Translations under genes and position numbers: made by a program
In this document: positions 58,055 to 64,000 of the stretch, in pieces
Layout: each line of letters starts with the position of its first letter
Position numbering within the stretch: the stretch's first letter is position 1
Source of the DNA: an uncultured Chloroflexia bacterium
Lineage (GTDB): Bacteria; Chloroflexota; Dehalococcoidia; Dehalococcoidales; UBA2162
Assembly (NCBI GenBank): GCA_963745605.1
Contig: CAVUYC010000027.1
Span: 9,190 to 73,189, forward strand
Direction: 5' to 3'
Length of the DNA: 64,000 nucleotides
Notes under the pieces: generated by a model
What the model saw: the letters and a program-made list of their open reading frames with translations, nothing else
Told to the model about the DNA's origin: nothing
The model's database searches: none

Positions 58055-60013
58055 TTAGTCCCGGAGGATGTCCCTCTTCACGAAGTCGTCAGCCACGTAA
58101 TCCAGGCCGAGGCCGTGCAAAGACTCTTTCGTCGGAATTCCCTCGCCGTTCCACCCCTTGTACCTATAATAGGCGTCTAATAGCTGGGACTCCAACTCGG
58201 GATACCGCCGGCGCCAATGGTCTTCAGGCGGCTTTTCGTCCGCCCGCCTCATCCCACGCCGAATGTTCACCGACCTCACCAGTTGCCGGTTCCGCCTTGC
58301 GACCTGCGTCAGTCCAGCTTCGTCAATATCCATCCCTGTCGCCGCCGAAATCAGCGACGGGTAATTATGTATGTGATAGGGAGGCTTGAGGGGGAACGAC
58401 GACAGCCCGGCACATACCCCGAGCGAATCGTCAATGTAGTGCATTCGCTCCATCCAATCGACCGCTTCGCAACACATCTGGACTGTCGGGTAGTAGGGGT
58501 TGGAGAACTCTCCCCTCGGTTCCCAATCCAGAAAATACTGCTTAAACTTGTCGTCAGGCACCTGGATCCAGTCTTTGACGAACGCTTCTCTCTCTTCACG
58601 GGTAGGAAAAGGCTCCTGGGGGAACTGACCTTCTATCTGAGTGATATTAATCTTCTCGCCCGTGGAATACATCAGGAAATAGATGGGATTGAGCATGCCC
58701 AGCTTGAGAGGCAACTGCTCGTGCTTCTTGATGTTGTTATGGGCAAATTCTTCGGCGCCCTTGCCGATCTGCTTCGCCGCCCAGTAGGTGCCGTTGGCCA
58801 GAATATCTCCGATTCCATCCCGATGCACAATCTTGTCAAGGAGCCAGTAGAAACGTCCCTCGCTATCGGACGGCATTCCAGGCATATCTGAGGACGTCAG
58901 GATGCCGGCCTCGTATAGCTCCAGCGCAAAAGCCATTACCTGCGGCGTCGAGAATCCATCGACCCCGTACTCGGTGGCCAGCTGGGCGATCTTGAAGCCG
59001 AAATCGAGGTCCGAATAGGCCGCCATGGTGTAGGTCAGCTTTGAGTAGCACTTCATCATGTAGGTTGAGATGCCTGGTACCGAGATTGCTGCCCCGCATT
59101 TCATGGGGCAGTTATAGCAACTGAGCAAACGCGTGCGCACATTCTCCTGAGTCTCACGCCATTTCTGCTCGATCTCCGTCGTCCAGAAGTCCTTCCGGCG
59201 GGTTCGCGAATTGCCCCACATGAAGCTGGTGGTGTGCCACTTCTCGTCGAAGAGCTTCATCTCCTGGGGCGAACCCAGGCCGGCCAGAATGGGCATGACA
59301 CCCGGGATCGGGTGTTGCTCTCTCGCCCTTATGTTCTCAAGGACTTCGTTGCAGAGCTTGATGAACTCGGCAGGCCGTGCCACGCTGACATCCATGGTGC
59401 CCCTGACAGCGATGGCCTTCACACCCTTGTCCCCCATCACCGCCCCAATTCCGAGCCGGGAGGCGCTTGATCTTCCCTGTTCTATGGAGGCCATGTAGAC
59501 CCGGTTCTCTCCAGCCAGGCCAATAGACGCTACCTGGGCATACGGCTGGTCAAGTTCCTCGCGGATAAGTTCAGATGTCTCGCCGGCGCCTTTGCCCTTC
59601 AAATGAGAGGCATCACGTATTTCAACCTTGCCATTGTGTATCCAAATATATACAAGCTTAGGGGACTTGCCCCGAAGGACGATCTTGTCAAAGCCGGCGA
59701 ATTTGAGTTCTGGGGCGAAGAACCCTCCCATCATGGAGTAGGCCATGAGCCGGGTCTGGGGAGAGTAGGTGGTGACGATGGTGCGATTCGCACCGACCGC
59801 CGGCGTGCCGCAGAGAAGCCCGGTGCCGAAGATCAGTATGTTATCCGGCGAGAAGGGGTCAGTCGCAGCAGGCACCGTATCCCATAGCAGCTTGGCATTG
59901 GTACCCAACCCGCCTAGGTATAGGCCGGTCTGGGAGAGGTCGGTTACTATCCTTTCGATATTGCCGCTGGAAAGGTCGATTTCGAGGTTAAATCCTGTTT
60001 CAGCGTATCTCAT
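58055..60013 (-). CDS. Tungsten-type aldehyde:ferredoxin oxidoreductase family enzyme, BamB-like (class II benzoyl-CoA reductase catalytic subunit type)
   Basis: I prefer the start at the ATG at 60013, giving MRYAETGFNLEIDLSSGNIERI...YLGGLGTNAKLLWD (653 aa). AOR-family core. Context of Fe-S, HdrA(Sec) and MvhD(Sec) genes. Confidence 0.85.
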   Translation of the reverse strand: MRYAETGFNLEIDLSSGNIERIVTDLSQTGLYLGGLGTNAKLLWDTVPAATDPFSPDNILIFGTGLLCGTPAVGANRTIVTTYSPQTRLMAYSMMGGFFAPELKFAGFDKIVLRGKSPKLVYIWIHNGKVEIRDASHLKGKGAGETSELIREELDQPYAQVASIGLAGENRVYMASIEQGRSSASRLGIGAVMGDKGVKAIAVRGTMDVSVARPAEFIKLCNEVLENIRAREQHPIPGVMPILAGLGSPQEMKLFDEKWHTTSFMWGNSRTRRKDFWTTEIEQKWRETQENVRTRLLSCYNCPMKCGAAISVPGISTYMMKCYSKLTYTMAAYSDLDFGFKIAQLATEYGVDGFSTPQVMAFALELYEAGILTSSDMPGMPSDSEGRFYWLLDKIVHRDGIGDILANGTYWAAKQIGKGAEEFAHNNIKKHEQLPLKLGMLNPIYFLMYSTGEKINITQIEGQFPQEPFPTREEREAFVKDWIQVPDDKFKQYFLDWEPRGEFSNPYYPTVQMCCEAVDWMERMHYIDDSLGVCAGLSSFPLKPPYHIHNYPSLISAATGMDIDEAGLTQVARRNRQLVRSVNIRRGMRRADEKPPEDHWRRRYPELESQLLDAYYRYKGWNGEGIPTKESLHGLGLDYVADDFVKRDILRD

Positions 60014-60467
60014 ATCACGCGGAAAACACTCGGAATGCCACGATGATGAATTGGGTATTGCACTGTTTCTACGACAAGGCTGATCGTGACATATCAGCGT
60101 TCTAAAGTCAATGGAGGGTATCTCTCTGAGTGCATTGTTATTACATTCCGATGTTCGGATAGGATATTCGTCTGGATTCCTGACCACAACGCTTGCCGCA
60201 CGGCAGTTCGCTCAGATTACGAGGGCCAGTGGTCTGCAGCGAGGGGGGAGTTGATACCCGCGGACTTGTTAGTTCACGGTTGAGTCGACGATTGGCCGTA
60301 ATAAGCGCCCCTTCCCAAACAGCTCTCTTCGGCTATTGACCTCCAGTTGGCTTGGCAAGCATGGCAAACCGAAGACGATGGCCGCACGACGTGGATCGAA
60401 GGGATGGGACGAGGGTCTGCGAGCAATCCGCTCAGGACCTCATATTGTCGTTGGTTTCACAGACTAT

Positions 60468-60722
60468 CTACTGTCTAGACTCGACCAGCATGGAAGTGAA
60501 CACTTCGCAAGAATTGCACAACTTCCTCTTTTCGGACCATGTCTTGCGTCGTTTTCCCTGGCAATATGTGCCGTTGACTTCCCAGCAGGCAAGCCCGGCC
60601 TCATACTGAAAAGCCGCACAATTCTCTCTCCATTCCGTAGGGCACTTGCGAACTTCCCAACACACTCCCACATTCCAGTCATTCGGATCAAGGTAGCAGG
60701 CTCGCCCTTTTTCCGTACTCAT
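60468..60722 (-). CDS. Small cysteine-rich protein with two CWE motifs (two-CW-domain-like)
   Basis: From ATG at 60722: MSTEKGRACYLDPNDWNVGVCWEVRKCPTEWRENCAAFQYEAGLACWEVNGTYCQGK...CNSCEVF. Confidence 0.5.
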   Translation of the reverse strand: MSTEKGRACYLDPNDWNVGVCWEVRKCPTEWRENCAAFQYEAGLACWEVNGTYCQGKRRKTWSEKRKLCNSCEVFTSMLVESRQ

Positions 60723-61112
60723 CTCCAAGCACCCCCCGTAATGTTCGTTCGCGATGCGAAGCCGTGAACATGTCAAACCGGCTGTCTTACTTAGGTGCCA
60801 TGGTTTCGCAACGGCACGCCAATGCCTATTGTATGTGAATATAGAATAGCATGGTCATGTTAGCCGTGATTCTATCACTGCGGTTTTGGCGCAGTCAAAG
60901 CTCACGGCTTCTCCGTTCGCCGTGCATTCATGCTCACTGGAGGTACGTGGCTGCAGCCACACCACGGAGACCATGTTAGCCTTCCCTTTGCTGTTCCAAT
61001 TGAGCGGCGGAGAGATGCTTAGTCTTTCAGTTTGTTACGCCGTATTGTTCAGGTGGCCGTCTTGGACAAATCCCGAGAGTATTCGAATGCCCTCGGATGA
61101 AGCGTCCGTCCA

Positions 61113-63230
61113 TCATATCGTTAGAGCCAGCCTGTAAGGCCCATGAATGTCGGCAATGTACTGGACCTGGACAGACTTGGCGTTCCCTACGAGGTACAGC
61201 CCTTGGACTTTCCCCGCGAGCTCGCGGAAGAGATCGGCGTTGGACTCGTAGTTTGCGGTGATGATGGTATCGGCTTCGACGAATTCTTCCTTGCCGCCGC
61301 AGGTGACTGAAAGTCCGCTCTCAGTGATCTCGTTGTACCGGCATTCCTTCAGTACTTTCACCCCCAGCCTCCGCAATTCCTCAGTGGTGGTGTAGTGATG
61401 GTAGAAGACGTCTGCGATACGGTCCTGGGATGAAACGACGGTCACCTGTCTGCCCACTTGAGTAATCGACATTTTAGCTACATCATCCGGGGAGTGCTGG
61501 GGACTCCATCGAAGAATGTGCATGGCCACGTCCTCTCGAGTGCAGGCCTCCCTCGCCACGAATTGAGCGGTGAAGCTTCCAAGTGCTGCGTAGTCGTGGT
61601 CGGCATCGGCGTCGATGACCACGATTTTGCTTCCGACATCCACCCTTTCAAGCAGGACATCCTCGGCGAAGACGACGTGAGGATGCTTGTCGATCCCCCT
61701 TATGCTGGGGAGGACGGGGCGGGCACCGGTGGCTATGACCACCGCGTCCGGCGCTTCTTTTTCAATTGACCGTTGAGTCACTTCTTGCCCGCACTGGACT
61801 TCCACCCCGAGCTTTTTGAGCTGGTTGGTCAGGTATATCCTCAAGAGATCCATATCGCGGCGGAACGGCGCAAGGCTCTGGACGTAGAGCATGCGGCCCA
61901 GCTGCTTTTCTTTCTCATAGAGCTTGACGCGGTGACCTCGCCGCGACAGAGCTAGAGCCGCCTCCATGCCTGAGAGTCCTCCGCCAACCACAATAACCCT
62001 CTTTGCCTTTTCAACCTTTGTCATCTTCAGGGAGTCTGATAGCTCCTTCGGTTTGTAGAAAGGCGATTCGGGGTTGACAGCGCAGGTGAAGCTGCCCATG
62101 CACCAGACGCACCCGGTGCAGGGAATGATATCGTCCAGGCGGCCCTCCCTTATTTTGTTCGGCCAGTCCGGATCGGCGATGAGTTGCCGGCAGATGCTGA
62201 CAATGTCACAGTCACCGTTTCTCAGCAGCGAAGATGCCAGCCACGGGTTTTGCACCCGGCAAGCGTTCATTACGGTGACCCCTGCGTAGGGAGCTCTCAG
62301 AGAGACGAGGTAGCTCTTGACGGCACGAGCGTACTGCGAATACGCCCCCGGAGGTACGACCATTTGGAGTTGAGGAACCTGAGTCGAAAACCCGGCCTGC
62401 ACTACATCTATGCAATCGACCCCGGCTTTTGCGTACATCGATGCCATCAGCTTTGAGTACTCGATGTCGTAGCCGCCTTCGATATACTCAGTCCCGCTGA
62501 GGCGTATCATGACCGGGAAGTCTGAACCACAGGCTGCCTTGATCCCCCGGATACATTCGAGCGGGAACCGCAATCTCTCATCGACCCCGTCGGAATAGCC
62601 CGGCACCCCGGGGTTCCTAACCTCGGATGTCAGTATGGCTATCAAGCTTTCTCTGGCCCCGGTCAACTGGACTCCGTCAGCACCCGCTTTCTTAGCCCTC
62701 ACCGCCGCAGCCACGTAATTCTCCACCTCTTCTTTCAGGACATCGGGTGTCATGCCGACATCTTTCCAATCAGGCACGATAAGCTCTGTCTCGCCCTCGC
62801 CGCGGATTCCAGCGACCCTGGCCACCCACGGAGCGTGGGTAGAAAGCTGCGGAATAACTTTGGCGTCATATTTGTGGCATGCCTCTATAAGTGTGCTCCA
62901 CCCCGGGATCGTGTCGTCGCTCCATATCGCCTTGGGCGGCCTTCTTTCGCCAGCTGCCTTCTGTAGGGTGCCTGGCGAATCAGGAGTGACAACCACCTCG
63001 CCAACAACAATCATTCCAGCCCCCCCTCGGGCGATGGCCTCATGAAAGGCGACGTGCGTTGGGTGCATTTGGGGATACACCGTGTCAGGAGGAAGCCTTT
63101 GGATCGGGGCCAGTGCTATGCGATTCTTCAGCAACATTTTTCCGATGCGGACAGGCTGCCACAGCTTGTCTAGCATCTCGTGCTGAAACGGGTGTTCAAC
63201 ATGTTGGCTGTCTGCTGGTACTAGTTTCAC
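61113..63230 (-). CDS. Old-Yellow-Enzyme / 2,4-dienoyl-CoA reductase (FadH)-type FMN + [4Fe-4S] + FAD/NAD(P) oxidoreductase
   Basis: 705 aa. N-terminal OYE TIM barrel (LKNRIALAPI...), CTGCVWCMGSFTC cluster motif, then VIVVGGGLSGMEAALAL and VVIATGARP dinucleotide folds. Confidence 0.85.
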   Translation of the reverse strand: MKLVPADSQHVEHPFQHEMLDKLWQPVRIGKMLLKNRIALAPIQRLPPDTVYPQMHPTHVAFHEAIARGGAGMIVVGEVVVTPDSPGTLQKAAGERRPPKAIWSDDTIPGWSTLIEACHKYDAKVIPQLSTHAPWVARVAGIRGEGETELIVPDWKDVGMTPDVLKEEVENYVAAAVRAKKAGADGVQLTGARESLIAILTSEVRNPGVPGYSDGVDERLRFPLECIRGIKAACGSDFPVMIRLSGTEYIEGGYDIEYSKLMASMYAKAGVDCIDVVQAGFSTQVPQLQMVVPPGAYSQYARAVKSYLVSLRAPYAGVTVMNACRVQNPWLASSLLRNGDCDIVSICRQLIADPDWPNKIREGRLDDIIPCTGCVWCMGSFTCAVNPESPFYKPKELSDSLKMTKVEKAKRVIVVGGGLSGMEAALALSRRGHRVKLYEKEKQLGRMLYVQSLAPFRRDMDLLRIYLTNQLKKLGVEVQCGQEVTQRSIEKEAPDAVVIATGARPVLPSIRGIDKHPHVVFAEDVLLERVDVGSKIVVIDADADHDYAALGSFTAQFVAREACTREDVAMHILRWSPQHSPDDVAKMSITQVGRQVTVVSSQDRIADVFYHHYTTTEELRRLGVKVLKECRYNEITESGLSVTCGGKEEFVEADTIITANYESNADLFRELAGKVQGLYLVGNAKSVQVQYIADIHGPYRLALTI

Positions 63231-63414
63231 TCACGGGCTCCTGATTCAATTGTCAGAAAGAGGAAATGTCCGAGTTGGGCAGAAGGAGGATTGGCCGTGA
63301 CTCACAGTTCAATACACCGGATGATTTCCTGTACTCGAGTGTTTGAAACGGTTCAAGAGGTAGCATAGACCGCGACTGTTCAGCAAAACTGGCGAGCCTT
63401 CCAGGCAAAAGAAT

Positions 63415-63942
63415 CTACAAATCCTTAGGATCAGAGGGAGGAAATGGGTCAGAGAACTCTATTTTGAGTTCCTGCATCGCCCTCTTACGGATATTGACCA
63501 GCAGGTCCCACATCTGTAACTGCTCAGTTTCTGACAGCGAGGACATGACCTTTCTCGTCGACTTCCGCCTTGAAGACTCTCGGTACGCTTCAAGTCCTTT
63601 GTCTGTAAGCTCGACTCGAATCATGTTCCGTCTTCCAAGGTCGTGAGCCCTGCGAATCAGCCCCTTCTCTTCCATCGCCTTCAGTTGAACCGATGTTGTG
63701 TGAGGCTCCCAAAACAACTGCCTGGATATGTTTGCCGGCGTGGCGAGTCTCTTCAGTCTGATGGCGGTGAAGAGCACGATCGCATCATTCATCGTAAGGC
63801 CGAGCTGGCGGAGCTCCTTCTGACGCGCCTTAGCGATGAGATGATCGGTGCGGGCCAGTAGCTGCCACAGTCCGTCACCAAGGGTCATGCGGACTCTGAC
63901 TATTGGTTTCTTCTTGAGGCGATCGGATGCTGCCGTCTGCAT
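63415..63942 (-). CDS. MarR-type winged-helix transcriptional regulator
   Basis: 175 aa. LGLTMNDAIVLFTAIRLKRLATPANISRQLFWEPHTTSVQLKAMEEKGLIRRAHDLGRRN. Confidence 0.75.
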   Translation of the reverse strand: MQTAASDRLKKKPIVRVRMTLGDGLWQLLARTDHLIAKARQKELRQLGLTMNDAIVLFTAIRLKRLATPANISRQLFWEPHTTSVQLKAMEEKGLIRRAHDLGRRNMIRVELTDKGLEAYRESSRRKSTRKVMSSLSETEQLQMWDLLVNIRKRAMQELKIEFSDPFPPSDPKDL

Positions 63943-64000
63943 TTTGAGCCGATTCTAACACCGGTGACCCATAAAGTCTAGGCATGTACCCATGGCTCAG

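Overview
The window is a gene-dense chromosomal segment from an anaerobe, with strong GGAGG ribosome-binding sites and frequent GTG/TTG starts. I found no rRNA, CRISPR array, transposase or integrase.

Recognisable content, left to right:
- A truncated enolase-superfamily gene, a GNAT acetyltransferase, and a J-domain protein co-oriented with a 4x72-aa tandem-repeat protein.
- Two flavodoxin-like Fe-S flavoproteins flanking a polytopic membrane protein, then an M42 peptidase.
- A HAD phosphatase, and an HpcH-type aldolase with a 2-hydroxyacid dehydrogenase.
- An ABC-2 exporter, an AsnC-type protein, a DsrE-type protein and a zinc-ribbon protein.
- tRNA-Pro(CGG), the porGDAB 2-oxoacid:ferredoxin oxidoreductase operon, and tRNA-Arg(CCG).
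- A lipoprotein-type decaheme OmcA/MtrC-like cytochrome with a collagen-like linker, and a radical-SAM-like gene with a degenerate cluster motif.
- A TauE exporter, a ferredoxin-nitroreductase fusion and a URO-D-family protein.
- An AprA-like flavoprotein paired with a GltD-like Fe-S flavoprotein.
- tRNA-Leu(TAG), MATE, MFS and PrsW genes, a MarR-MATE pair, acpS, a NYN protein and nrdR-nrdJ.

Two selenium-related systems stand out:
1. Three paralogous ~570-590-aa proteins have an in-frame TGA inside a GrdB/PrdB-like G-x-G-x-U-x-x-C module, fused to a C-terminal domain I cannot assign. Two of them bracket a tandem pair of SDR genes.
2. A class II benzoyl-CoA-reductase-like cluster contains a BamB-like tungsten AOR, a BamC-like Fe-S protein, a double HdrA-like protein with TGA at the known Sec position, and an MvhD-ferredoxin fusion with TGA at the known Sec position. 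An OYE/FadH-type reductase, a two-CW cysteine-rich protein and a MarR regulator precede it.

Caveat: seven otherwise well-conserved genes are each broken by one frame disruption, always of the same sign (length = 1 mod 3). This points to systematic indel error in the assembly, or less likely to gene decay. Those genes are reported as frame-disrupted as sequenced.
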